The notes under the pieces were generated by a model. The model was not told where the DNA came from. It worked only from the letters and a program-made list of their open reading frames with translations, and did not search any database. A stretch of DNA of 37,124 nucleotides from an uncultured Ferruginibacter sp. (GTDB lineage Bacteria > Bacteroidota > Bacteroidia > Chitinophagales > Chitinophagaceae): contig CAZCCN010000002.1 in NCBI GenBank assembly GCA_964497085.1, positions 1 to 37,124 of the forward strand, given 5' to 3'. Below, piece after piece: positions 10,242-21,436 of the stretch. The position numbers and the translations under genes were made by a program. Position 1 is the first letter of the stretch. Each line of letters opens with the position of its first letter.

Positions 10242-10315
10242 TGGGCCCACCAGGACTTGAACCTGGGACCCTCTGATTATGAGTCAGATGCTCTAACCAA
10301 CTGAGCTATAGGCCC
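10242..10315 (-). tRNA. tRNA with CAU anticodon, probably tRNA-Ile2 (lysidine); CCA not encoded
   Basis: GGGCCTATAGCTCAGTTGGTTAGAGCATCTGACTCATAATCAGAGGGTCCCAGGTTCAAGTCCTGGTGGGCCCA folds as a cloverleaf. G1:C72 is paired and the anticodon stem lacks three G-C pairs, so it is not the initiator. The overall sequence resembles Ile2 more than elongator Met. Confidence 0.93.
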
Positions 10316-10337
10316 TGTTATGCGAAATAACAGACCG

Positions 10338-10345
10338 CAAAAGTA
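10338..10345 (-). promoter_or_regulatory. Bacteroidota sigma70 -7 element for the tRNA
   Basis: TACTTTTG matches TAnnTTTG, about 22 nt upstream of the tRNA. Confidence 0.65.
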
Positions 10346-10385
10346 ACTAAATTCGGATATTTGCAAGAAGTTTTTCACCACAATC

Positions 10386-11003
10386 ATGGCTATTATAAAG
10401 AACCTTTTGTTTGATATGGGCGCAGTGCTCATCGACATCGATTATCAGCAAACCGCCAAAGCATTTGAAGCCCTGGGAGTTTCAAATTTCGATCAGCAAT
10501 TCTCTCAAATCAATGCATCGAAACTATTCGAAGCACTGGAAATGGGCAAAATCAGCAATGATGATTTTTATGCAGCAATGCAGGCTCAAATGGCAGGACC
10601 TGCCGACACTACCGCCATTCAACATGCCTGGAATGCCATTTTGAAAGATTTTCGAATGGAAAGCATGCGGTTTCTTGAAAAAATTAAAAGTGATTATCGT
10701 CTCTTTCTGCTGAGCAACACCAATGCGATTCATCTGGAAGAAGTCAATGCGATTTTACGCAGACAAATAGGTGCTACTGAGGTAGATGATTATTTTGAAA
10801 AAGCGTATTACTCTCACAAGGTGGGCATGCGAAAGCCCAATGCCGATATTTTCGAGTATGTATTGGCGGATGCCAATATTGTAGCAGCTGAAACTTTGTT
10901 TGTTGATGACACACAAATGAACATTGATACAGCCCATCGGCTTGGATTTAAGACCCATTTACTGCTGCCGAATCAGCAAATTGAATCATTGCGGTACGAT
11001 TAA
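10386..11003 (+). CDS. HAD family phosphatase (YihX-like)
   Basis: LLFDMGAVL, LLSNTN, RKP, FVDD..N motifs. Confidence 0.9.
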   Translation: MAIIKNLLFDMGAVLIDIDYQQTAKAFEALGVSNFDQQFSQINASKLFEALEMGKISNDDFYAAMQAQMAGPADTTAIQHAWNAILKDFRMESMRFLEKIKSDYRLFLLSNTNAIHLEEVNAILRRQIGATEVDDYFEKAYYSHKVGMRKPNADIFEYVLADANIVAAETLFVDDTQMNIDTAHRLGFKTHLLLPNQQIESLRYD

Positions 11004-11662
11004 TCCAAGGACCGATTGATGAATGCCAGCAGTGGCTGTCCCGCCTGAAAGATTGTCGAAAGTCTTTTAACCAAATCCACTGCTACCAGTTCTTTGTCTG
11101 TAAGCGGCACAATGGCTACAAAGCTTTTGAGTTTTAGGTATTCAATGGCGGGATTCTCTTCTGTATACCCTTTGGGTGGCCGAACCAATGTTTCCCCCCA
11201 ATCCAACTTTCCTCCAAAGGTTTTTTTAAAACCCTTTTCAGATAATATATTTTTCCATTCGATGTAATTGTAATCAATTTCTTGACGAATCTTGGCCAAT
11301 TCGTCTGGCGGTGGCATCCACACACCTACTGCTGCAAAGCTATTGCCCGGCTCTATATGAATATAATAGCCGCCGCCACCACCTTTTTTGCCACCCTTGT
11401 TGAAATAGGCGGCAAAATTATTTTTGTAGGGCCGCTTGTCTTTGCTGAATCGTACGTCTCTGTTGATTCTGAACATGCAGTCTTTTGATTCCAATCTGGC
11501 GATGGAATGATCAAACCGAGAGATGTGTACGATCATCTCACTTACAAAAGACCTGAACTGGTTTTTGACTGATTCATATTGAGGCCTGTGGCTGTCGAAC
11601 CAAGGCTTATTGTTATTTTTTTTGAGTGCCGACAAGAATTTTACAACAGCCAATTCCATCAT
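11000..11662 (-). CDS. DUF2461 family protein
   Basis: NNNKPWFDSHR, FRINRDVRFSKDKRPYK, GYYIHIEP, PKGY. Confidence 0.9.
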   Translation of the reverse strand: MMELAVVKFLSALKKNNNKPWFDSHRPQYESVKNQFRSFVSEMIVHISRFDHSIARLESKDCMFRINRDVRFSKDKRPYKNNFAAYFNKGGKKGGGGGYYIHIEPGNSFAAVGVWMPPPDELAKIRQEIDYNYIEWKNILSEKGFKKTFGGKLDWGETLVRPPKGYTEENPAIEYLKLKSFVAIVPLTDKELVAVDLVKRLSTIFQAGQPLLAFINRSLD

Positions 11663-11687
11663 TTGAAAGATTTATTATTCAATAAAC

Positions 11688-11719
11688 AAAAAAAGGAACC
11701 GGTTGTTGCCGATTCCTTT
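11688..11719 (-). terminator. Intrinsic terminator of the NUMOD4 gene
   Basis: Minus strand AAAGGAATCGG-CAACAA-CCGGTTCCTTTTTTT. Confidence 0.8.
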
Positions 11720-11738
11720 AAAAATATAATTATTCGAT

Positions 11739-12302
11739 TTATTTGATTCTGCCCCAGTTTTCACCACTCTTGATTCGATACAAAGTCATTTCACTTACCT
11801 TGTATTTGGCTGCCAGCTGTTTATAGGTCAGCTTTCTTTTGGGGTTTTTAATCGTGTCTTTGATGGTTTTAACCTGCGTAGCCGTCAGTTTCAATCCTTC
11901 GGTGCGGTTGGCTTGTCTTTTTTTATAGGCAATCTTCAACGGACTTTTTTGTTGATGGCTGCTGACTTCTTCCAAGGTTGCCCACTTTAAATTCTTTGAG
12001 CTGTTGTCTGTTTTTTTATGATTGATATGAATCACAAATTGTTGCTTGGGCGATTTTTTGCTGCAAAACAATTTAGCAACTTCTCTATGAATATAAATCG
12101 TTCCATTCCCACCTTCCACGTGCAGATTCAAGGTGCGATATCCTGAAGTAACCGAACCATTGAGCAACGTACCATCCTGTGCCACCGAATTGGTGTAACT
12201 AGCTGCCCTGCCATGATTGGACACCGCATATTTTTTTCTCAGCTTTTTGTGGCCGGCAAATTGCATTTGTTTCCAACTTTCGCCAGGAATTTTCTTGATC
12301 AT
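11739..12302 (-). CDS. NUMOD4 + degenerate HNH + C-terminal HTH DNA-binding protein
   Basis: ESWK...YAVSNHGR (NUMOD4), IHREVAKLF, VIHINHKKTDNSSKNLKWAT (HNH-like), KLTATQVKTIK...YKQLAAKYKVSEMTLYRIKSGENW (HTH). Confidence 0.8.
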   Translation of the reverse strand: MIKKIPGESWKQMQFAGHKKLRKKYAVSNHGRAASYTNSVAQDGTLLNGSVTSGYRTLNLHVEGGNGTIYIHREVAKLFCSKKSPKQQFVIHINHKKTDNSSKNLKWATLEEVSSHQQKSPLKIAYKKRQANRTEGLKLTATQVKTIKDTIKNPKRKLTYKQLAAKYKVSEMTLYRIKSGENWGRIK

Positions 12303-12394
12303 CGATTGAAAATTTAAATGTTAGGTGTATCGAGCGGGCGGATATCGTTTACCAGCAATACCCCCTCGAATGATAAATATAATAAAAATTCGTG

Positions 12395-14530
<2,136 letters not shown>

Positions 14531-14545
14531 TTAATAAAAGATTCT

Positions 14546-16192
14546 ATGATGTTGAAAAGATCTCTTCTCGTTTTAATGGCTTGCGCATTCATGCTTTCTT
14601 GTCAAACCAAGAAACAGGTGGCGCTGATTGTTCACCATGCAACCATTTATACGGTTGACAGTGTTTTTTCTGTTGCAGAAGCCATGGCCATCGATAAGGG
14701 CCGCATTGTAGCGGTTGGCACCTCTGCCGAGATTCTACAACAATATAGTGCGGATCGTGTGTTGGACGCAGCGGGTCAAACGGTACTGCCTGGATTCATC
14801 GATGCGCATTGTCACTTTACAGGATTCGCCACCGATCGTTGGAAATGCGATCTAGTCGGAACCACTTCGTTTGCCGATGTCATTGACAAAATACAAGTGT
14901 ACAGCCAAAGCGCTCCGATGCATTGGATTTATGGCAGGGGCTGGGACCAAAACGATTGGGCGGATACCCGGTTTCCTACCAAACAGGCATTGGATAGTCT
15001 CTTTCCGAACCGGCCTGTGTTTCTAAAAAGAATTGATGGACACGCCGCACTGGTGAACCAAGCCGCCTTGGATATTGCCGGCATTACGGTTGCCACCAAG
15101 GTATCTGGTGGCGCCATCGAAATCCAACAACAACAATTGACAGGCATCCTGATTGATAATGCCATGGATGTGGTGGAGAAATGCATTCCCTCATTACCTG
15201 ATAGCCTTACCCGTCTATACTACAATGCCTTGCAGCAAGAATGTTTTGGTTGGGGCCTGACAGGTGTGCACGATTGTGGTGTCAGCGAACACACCATCCA
15301 GTTGGTGGATGAAGAGCAGCAGGCCGGCAGGTTAAAAATGAAAATCTATGCATTGTTATCTGACAGCGCCCAATATTACGATCGTTGGATTAAAAAGGGC
15401 CCGTATAAAACAGACCGCTTGCACGTGGGTGGATTCAAGCTGTATGCTGACGGAGCACTGGGTTCAAGAGGCGCTTGTTTACTCGAAGAATATGCCGACC
15501 AAAAAAAATGGAATGGATTTTTGCTGAGTGATGTCAATCATTTTAGAGAGGTCGCCAACAAACTAATACAATCGGACTTTCAGATGTGTACACATGCCAT
15601 TGGAGACAGCGGCAATCGCACCGTATTAAATATTTATGCAAGTGTGTTACAGGGCAAACCGGATAAACGTTGGAGAATTGAACACGCGCAGGTGGTGGAC
15701 CCAAATGACTTTTATTTTTTCAAGACCTACCAAATCATTCCTTCGGTGCAACCTACGCACGCCACCAGTGATATGTACTGGGCAGAAGCAAGACTCGGAT
15801 CAGCCAGAATCAAAACAGCTTATGCGTATCAACAATTGCTCCAACAAAATGGATGGATGCCACTGGGAACGGATTTCCCTGTAGAAGCCATCAGTCCCTT
15901 TAAAACTTTTTATGCTGCGGTGGCCAGAAAAGATGCTCAAGGTTTTCCCGCAAGCGGATTTCAAAAAGAAAATGCGTTGAGCAGAGAACAAGCCCTTCGG
16001 GGCATGACCATCTGGGCGGCTAAAGCGGCGTTTGAAGAAAAAGAAAAAGGAAGCTTAGAAAACGGAAAGGCTGCAGACTTCATTATCCTCGACCGCGACA
16101 TTATAAAATGCCAAGAAGATCAATTATTGAAAACAACAGTAATGTATACATACATAAACGGCGAGCGTGTATACGCATCAGTTAGAAACTGA
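14546..16192 (+). CDS. Amidohydrolase (YtcJ/Amidohydro_3-like), predicted lipoprotein
   Basis: Lipobox MLSC, PGFIDAHCH, GRGWDQ, DGHA, DGALGSRGA, HAIGD, RIEHAQ, GTDFPVE. Confidence 0.9.
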   Translation: MMLKRSLLVLMACAFMLSCQTKKQVALIVHHATIYTVDSVFSVAEAMAIDKGRIVAVGTSAEILQQYSADRVLDAAGQTVLPGFIDAHCHFTGFATDRWKCDLVGTTSFADVIDKIQVYSQSAPMHWIYGRGWDQNDWADTRFPTKQALDSLFPNRPVFLKRIDGHAALVNQAALDIAGITVATKVSGGAIEIQQQQLTGILIDNAMDVVEKCIPSLPDSLTRLYYNALQQECFGWGLTGVHDCGVSEHTIQLVDEEQQAGRLKMKIYALLSDSAQYYDRWIKKGPYKTDRLHVGGFKLYADGALGSRGACLLEEYADQKKWNGFLLSDVNHFREVANKLIQSDFQMCTHAIGDSGNRTVLNIYASVLQGKPDKRWRIEHAQVVDPNDFYFFKTYQIIPSVQPTHATSDMYWAEARLGSARIKTAYAYQQLLQQNGWMPLGTDFPVEAISPFKTFYAAVARKDAQGFPASGFQKENALSREQALRGMTIWAAKAAFEEKEKGSLENGKAADFIILDRDIIKCQEDQLLKTTVMYTYINGERVYASVRN

Positions 16193-16242
16193 TTGCCCCT
16201 CCTTTAAAAATCGTGTATCTTTACAGCCTTATCAACAATCTC

Positions 16243-16824
16243 ATGATATTAGAAACCCAATTGCTTGTCCGCGCTGAAAACAAATGTGAATTGTGTGCTG
16301 CTGCTGGCTCGCTCTCTTTATACGAAGCACCGTATGCGCCCCACCAAGACGCAGCGGGCTGTCTGATGGTTTGCAGTACCTGTTTGGCTCAAATTGAAAA
16401 GAAGGAAGCGCTCCATCAACCGCATTGGTCTTGTTTGACTACTTCCATGTGGAGTGAAGTACCTGCCATTCAAGTCGTGTCTTGGCGAATGTTGAATCGG
16501 CTTCGCGAAGAAAGCTGGGCCACAGAACAGTTGGATATGATGTATCTGGATGAGGAAACCTTGGCTTGGGCAAAAAGAACAGGAGACCACGAAAACGATG
16601 CCAGTGTTGATTTACACAAAGACTGCCATGGACAAGTGCTGCAAGATGGCGATTCGGTGGTCCTGATCAAATCATTGGATGTGAAAGGATCTACCCTGAA
16701 TGCCAAAATGGGCACGGTTGTCAAAAACATCAAGCTGGTGCAAGACAATACAGAACAGATAGAAGGAAAAATCGAAGGACAGCTTATTGTAATTCTTACA
16801 AAGTATGTGCGCAAGCAGGCCTAA
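16243..16824 (+). CDS. PhnA domain-containing protein (long form with Zn-ribbon N-terminus)
   Basis: CELC..CSTC, then LQDGDSVVLIKSLDVKGS..KMGTVVKNI; first ATG at 16243. Confidence 0.85.
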   Translation: MILETQLLVRAENKCELCAAAGSLSLYEAPYAPHQDAAGCLMVCSTCLAQIEKKEALHQPHWSCLTTSMWSEVPAIQVVSWRMLNRLREESWATEQLDMMYLDEETLAWAKRTGDHENDASVDLHKDCHGQVLQDGDSVVLIKSLDVKGSTLNAKMGTVVKNIKLVQDNTEQIEGKIEGQLIVILTKYVRKQA

Positions 16825-16847
16825 CCATTGACTTCTGCTTCTCTTCC

Positions 16848-17558
16848 CTACACAACTTTGAAAGCCGTAAAATAATAATTGTTGATTACGCCTATTGGCT
16901 TCAATTCTATCATGTAACACTGAACAAAGTGTAAGTATGCCATAAACTCATGCGTGGGCACACTGAATTCATCAAACAGAATGATATCTCCTTTTTTCAA
17001 GTAGGGCGCCAGTGAAGTGAGCGTATATAAAGTAGCTGTATATAAATCCGCATCCATCATGATGACTTTTCTATGATCATTTTGAAACGTTTTCAAAAAT
17101 CCGGGTAAGGTCTGTTGAAAGAGTCCTTCATAAAATGTACCTCTATGGTCTCTGATGGCAGGAATAGATCCTGAATTGAAATGCCCCTTTTTATAAGGCC
17201 CAAAATCTTCCGGTAACCCACTGAAAGTATCAAACCCATAAAACCTGGAGTCGGGATGCTGGTTTTGTTCCATCCACCAATTAAAAGACGCACCCGTTGC
17301 CACCCCGAATTCTAGATATAAGACGGGTGCTGTCAATTGCTCTTGCTCAATGATTCGGCTATACAACCTAAAACGCTTGGTATAATCCCAAGTAGACAAG
17401 AAGTCGTTTCCGGGGATGTGTTGATGCTGATTGGCCCATCTGGACAATTTGCTCAGGTAGCTGATTTGTAAAAACAATCCCTCTATTGGCCCAAAGAGGT
17501 AATGCAGTTTACACCGGATGAACAGTGATTTGGCCAATCGAATGAGTGTAAATTTCAT
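16848..17558 (-). CDS. TylF/MycF-like class I SAM-dependent methyltransferase
   Basis: LEFGVATG, YGFDTFSGLPE, GLFQQTL, MDADLY, LFDEF; TATATTTG promoter just upstream of ATG 17558. Confidence 0.8.
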   Translation of the reverse strand: MKFTLIRLAKSLFIRCKLHYLFGPIEGLFLQISYLSKLSRWANQHQHIPGNDFLSTWDYTKRFRLYSRIIEQEQLTAPVLYLEFGVATGASFNWWMEQNQHPDSRFYGFDTFSGLPEDFGPYKKGHFNSGSIPAIRDHRGTFYEGLFQQTLPGFLKTFQNDHRKVIMMDADLYTATLYTLTSLAPYLKKGDIILFDEFSVPTHEFMAYLHFVQCYMIELKPIGVINNYYFTAFKVV

Positions 17559-17803
17559 GTTGGTGGGATTCTGGGCAAATATATACAATCACCCCCATCA
17601 CCACGGTGTCTTTTTGGGCAGACAGTCCCTGCATGATTTCCACGGCGACGCAATTTTTTTACTGATTATCAATTGTTTATAAAAGTTCAATAAAAAATAA
17701 TGGCCATTTTGATACCAAAAACAACTAAATCCACCTACCTTCGCACTCCAAATTTTAAAATTGTCAGAGGGATAGCTTTGGCATCATCTAAAAAAACAAC
17801 AAA

Positions 17804-18259
17804 ATGAGCAAATTACATTTCACCACTAAACATGCGAACGAGGCTACCGTGCAGCGTAACTGGTACGTTGTAGACGGTACTAATCAAACCGTTGGTCGTA
17901 TGTGCGCAAAAATTGCGTCTGTTCTCCGTGGTAAGAACAAAGCCTATTACACTCCCCATGTTGATTGCGGAGATTTTGTAATTGTATTGAATGCCGATAA
18001 AGTAAAATTCACCGGCAATAAAATGGACGAAAAGGAATATTTAACCTTCAGCGGCTATCCCGGTGGTCAGAAAGGCGAAATTGCTAAAGATTTATTGAAG
18101 CGTCGTCCTGAAGTAGTCATTGAAAGAGCCGTAAAAGGAATGTTGCCAAAGAATCGTTTGGGTCGTAAGATGTACAAAAAATTATTTGTATACGCCGGTA
18201 CCGAACATCCACATGGCGCACAAAAACCAACCGCACTCAATTTCCCCATCATTAAATAA
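17804..18259 (+). CDS. rplM: 50S ribosomal protein L13
   Basis: WYVVDG, LRGKNK..YTPHVDCGD, GMLPKNRLGR, HPHGAQKP. Confidence 0.99.
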   Translation: MSKLHFTTKHANEATVQRNWYVVDGTNQTVGRMCAKIASVLRGKNKAYYTPHVDCGDFVIVLNADKVKFTGNKMDEKEYLTFSGYPGGQKGEIAKDLLKRRPEVVIERAVKGMLPKNRLGRKMYKKLFVYAGTEHPHGAQKPTALNFPIIK

Positions 18260-18294
18260 TTAACTCAGTACAATCGTACTATAAAATAGAATAA

Positions 18295-18684
18295 ATGGAA
18301 AAGCAAAAAAACGCAGTCGGCCGTAGAAAAGAAGCTGTTACACGTGTTTTCCTTTCTAAAGGATCCGGCGCAATAACAGTGAATGGCAAAGACTATAAAA
18401 CATATTTTCCGTTGGTGTATCTACAAAACCAAGTAGAAGCCCCACTGAAATTAGCTGAAGTAGCTGATAAGTTTGACATCGTAATCAATGCAACCGGCGG
18501 TGGCGTAAAAGGCCAAGCTGAAGCGGCAAAATTGGCGATTTCAAGAGCCTTATTGGAGGTAAACGCAGAGTATCGTCCAGTGTTGAAAGCAGCTGGTTTG
18601 CTTAAGCGTGATCCACGTTCTGTAGAGCGTAAAAAACCAGGACGCAAGAAAGCAAGAAGAAGCTTCCAGTTCAGCAAGCGTTAA
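18295..18684 (+). CDS. rpsI: 30S ribosomal protein S9
   Basis: GRRKEA, GGGVKGQA, RDPRSVERKKPG, QFSKR. Confidence 0.99.
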   Translation: MEKQKNAVGRRKEAVTRVFLSKGSGAITVNGKDYKTYFPLVYLQNQVEAPLKLAEVADKFDIVINATGGGVKGQAEAAKLAISRALLEVNAEYRPVLKAAGLLKRDPRSVERKKPGRKKARRSFQFSKR

Positions 18685-18782
18685 TCGCTTGGCTGTTTCA
18701 GGTTTATTGGATCAGATTGATGAAAAAATCAACCATTCCACTGAGCTTAACACTTAAAACATTCAAACTCTAAAATTAAAAA

Positions 18783-19649
18783 ATGGAAAATACGTCTTTA
18801 CAACAGCAACTATTAGAAGCAGGAGTTCACTTCGGTCACTTAAGAAAGAAGTGGAACCCCAAAATGCTTCCTTATATCTTCGCCGAGAAAAAAGGAATCC
18901 ACATCATCGATTTGAATAAGACGGTGGAAGGATTGCAAGAGGCAGCAGCTGCCATGAAGGCTATCGCACGCAGCGGTAAGAAGATCATGTTTGTTGCCAC
19001 CAAAAAACAAGCGAAAGAAATCGTACAGGAATCTGCAAAGCGCGTAAACATGCCTTTCGTTACGGAGCGTTGGCTGGGCGGTATGCTGACCAATTTCAAC
19101 ACGGTCCGCAAGAGCGTTAAAAAAATGCAGAGCATCGAAAAGCTTTTGGGCGACGGAAGTGCAGAAAACCTTACCAAGAAGGAAAGATTGACTTTGACCA
19201 GAGATAAAGACAAAATGGAAAAGGTATTGGGCGGTATCGCACAAATCAGCCGTGTTCCTGCAGCATTGTTTTTGGTTGACATCGGCCATGAACACATCGC
19301 CTTGGCAGAAGCAAAGCGTTTGAACATCAGCACCATCGGTATGGTGGACACCAACTGTGATCCCAATAAAGTTGATTTTGCGATTCCTTCAAATGATGAT
19401 GCCACCAAATCCATTGCCATTATTGTCAACTACATTACCGCTGCCATTGCAGAAGGTTTGCAAGAGCGTCAAGCAGATAAAGACGATGAAGACCAAACAG
19501 ATGTAGAAGAAACAGCAGAAGCAAAAGCAGCTCGTTTTGAGCAAAAGCTTGATGCGGGTGATGACAAAGGAAAGCGTGCTAAAAGTGGAACTGGCGCACC
19601 GGCGAAACGTCGTGTTGCTACTGGCACCAGAAAACCAGCCGCTAAGTAA
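18783..19649 (+). CDS. rpsB: 30S ribosomal protein S2
   Basis: LLEAGVHFGH, WNPKM, RWLGGMLTN, DTNCDP, NDDA. Confidence 0.99.
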   Translation: MENTSLQQQLLEAGVHFGHLRKKWNPKMLPYIFAEKKGIHIIDLNKTVEGLQEAAAAMKAIARSGKKIMFVATKKQAKEIVQESAKRVNMPFVTERWLGGMLTNFNTVRKSVKKMQSIEKLLGDGSAENLTKKERLTLTRDKDKMEKVLGGIAQISRVPAALFLVDIGHEHIALAEAKRLNISTIGMVDTNCDPNKVDFAIPSNDDATKSIAIIVNYITAAIAEGLQERQADKDDEDQTDVEETAEAKAARFEQKLDAGDDKGKRAKSGTGAPAKRRVATGTRKPAAK

Positions 19650-19724
19650 CCCGAACAAGGATCTATTTATTTAACATTATTAAAAAAGAATCTCTTTTAC
19701 AGAAGAGATTGTCAGGAGGTAAAT

Positions 19725-20546
19725 ATGAGCACAATTACAGCAGCAGATATTAATAAATTACGTCAGGCAACCGGCGCAGGAATGTTGGATTGCCGCAAAG
19801 CATTAACTGAAAGCAACGGAGACTTTGAAGCAGCCATTGATTGGTTGCGCAAACAAGGTCAAAAAGTGGCCGCCAAACGTAGCGATCGCGAAGCAAAAGA
19901 AGGAGTGGTGTTGGCCAAGACAACGGCAGATCACAAAGCCGGTATTGTATTGTGCATTAGCTGCGAAACCGATTTTGTAAGCAAAAATGCTGATTTCGTT
20001 GCTTTTGCCAACAGCATTGCTGACGCAGCTGTGGCAAACAACGTAACTACCGCAGAAGAATTGAACCATGTTGAGATCAACGGTGCCAAAGTAGCCGACC
20101 TGATCAACGACAAACTCGCTGCCATTGGTGAAAAAATCGAAGTATCTAAATTCGACAGAATAGAAGCACCCTATGTGGCCAGCTATATTCATGGTGCCAA
20201 CCGGATGGGCGTATTGGTCGGTTTGACCAAAACGGCTGAAGAAGCAGGAAAGGATGTGGCCATGCAAATTGCAGCCATGAACCCCTTGGCGGTAGATGAA
20301 ACGTCTATTCCTGCCGATGTCATTGCCAGGGAAAAGGATATCGCCATCGAAATGGTAAAAGCAGAAGGGAAGCCAGCTGAAATGGCTGAAAAAATTGCCA
20401 TGGGTAAATTGAATAAATTTTTCAAAGACAACACCTTGATGGCACAGGCCTTTGTAAAGGACGGCAACCAATCGGTAGCCGATTATTTGAAGAGCGTGGA
20501 AGCCGATTTGAAGGTTACCGCATTCAAAAGAGTGGCATTAGGATAA
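19725..20546 (+). CDS. tsf: Elongation factor Ts
   Basis: LRQATGAGMLDCRKAL, CETDFV, AMQIAAMNP. Confidence 0.99.
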   Translation: MSTITAADINKLRQATGAGMLDCRKALTESNGDFEAAIDWLRKQGQKVAAKRSDREAKEGVVLAKTTADHKAGIVLCISCETDFVSKNADFVAFANSIADAAVANNVTTAEELNHVEINGAKVADLINDKLAAIGEKIEVSKFDRIEAPYVASYIHGANRMGVLVGLTKTAEEAGKDVAMQIAAMNPLAVDETSIPADVIAREKDIAIEMVKAEGKPAEMAEKIAMGKLNKFFKDNTLMAQAFVKDGNQSVADYLKSVEADLKVTAFKRVALG

Positions 20547-20563
20547 ATTATTTTATTATTTTT

Positions 20564-20588
20564 AACCCGGTTTTTACCGGGTTTTTTT
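20564..20588 (+). terminator. Intrinsic terminator after tsf
   Basis: AACCCGGT-TTTT-ACCGGGTT followed by a T-run. Confidence 0.85.
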
Positions 20589-20635
20589 ATGAACATTGTC
20601 ATCTAAACCGCTAATCATCTATAAAACCAACTACC

Positions 20636-21346
20636 ATGTTGCCTAAATACAAAAGAGTCTTATTGAAACTTTCCGGAGAATCATTGATGGGAGAAAAAAA
20701 CTTCGGACTTGATTCTGCCGTGATCGCTCAGTATGCACGGGATATCAAACAAATCACCGAGATGGGCGTACAAGTAGCATTGGTGATTGGCGGCGGGAAT
20801 ATTTATCGCGGCATGAACGAAGCTGAAACAGGTATTGAAAGGGCGCAAGGAGATTACATGGGCATGCTGGCAACTGTCATCAACGGCATGGCCGTACAAA
20901 GTGGCCTCGAAAAAGAAGGCGTGTACACCCGTTTGCAAAGCGCCATTAAAATGGAACAAATTGCAGAGCCGTATATTCGAAGAAGAGCCATTCGCCATTT
21001 GGAAAAGGGAAGGGTAGTGATTTTTGGCGCCGGTACCGGAAACCCATACTTCACCACAGATACAGCCGGCTCGCTAAGGGCCATTGAAATCAAGGCGGAT
21101 GTGATTTTGAAGGGTACAAGGGTTGACGGCATTTATTCTGCCGATCCGGAAAAAGATCCGACAGCTACCAAATACAACAAAATTTCATTTGCCGAATGCA
21201 TTTCCAAAAAACTGAGCGTGATGGACATGACAGCATTCACCCTTTGTATGGAAAACAACTTGCCCATCATTGTGTTCGACATGAATAAGCCTGGCAACTT
21301 AATGAGTGTGGTGACCGGTGAAAAAGTGGGCACTCTGGTAAGTTAA
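20636..21346 (+). CDS. pyrH: UMP kinase
   Basis: [40 protein letters not shown]. Confidence 0.99.
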   Translation: MLPKYKRVLLKLSGESLMGEKNFGLDSAVIAQYARDIKQITEMGVQVALVIGGGNIYRGMNEAETGIERAQGDYMGMLATVINGMAVQSGLEKEGVYTRLQSAIKMEQIAEPYIRRRAIRHLEKGRVVIFGAGTGNPYFTTDTAGSLRAIEIKADVILKGTRVDGIYSADPEKDPTATKYNKISFAECISKKLSVMDMTAFTLCMENNLPIIVFDMNKPGNLMSVVTGEKVGTLVS

Positions 21347-21436
21347 TGCGCTACACACGCTCCTTACTCATTTCTTTCGGCTACTTTTTTAATCCGTTAA
21401 AAAAGTAATTATCTTAGTAGGGCAAAGACCCTTTTC

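Noticed and set aside
11739-12302. Group I intron, intein or prophage remnant around the HNH gene
   Set aside because: Flanking ligA and DUF2461 are uninterrupted and there are no phage genes or intron core
18840-20471. Long antisense ORFs over rpsB and tsf, and similarly 33307-34053 and 1690-2271
   Set aside because: Shadow ORFs caused by codon bias; no recognisable motifs
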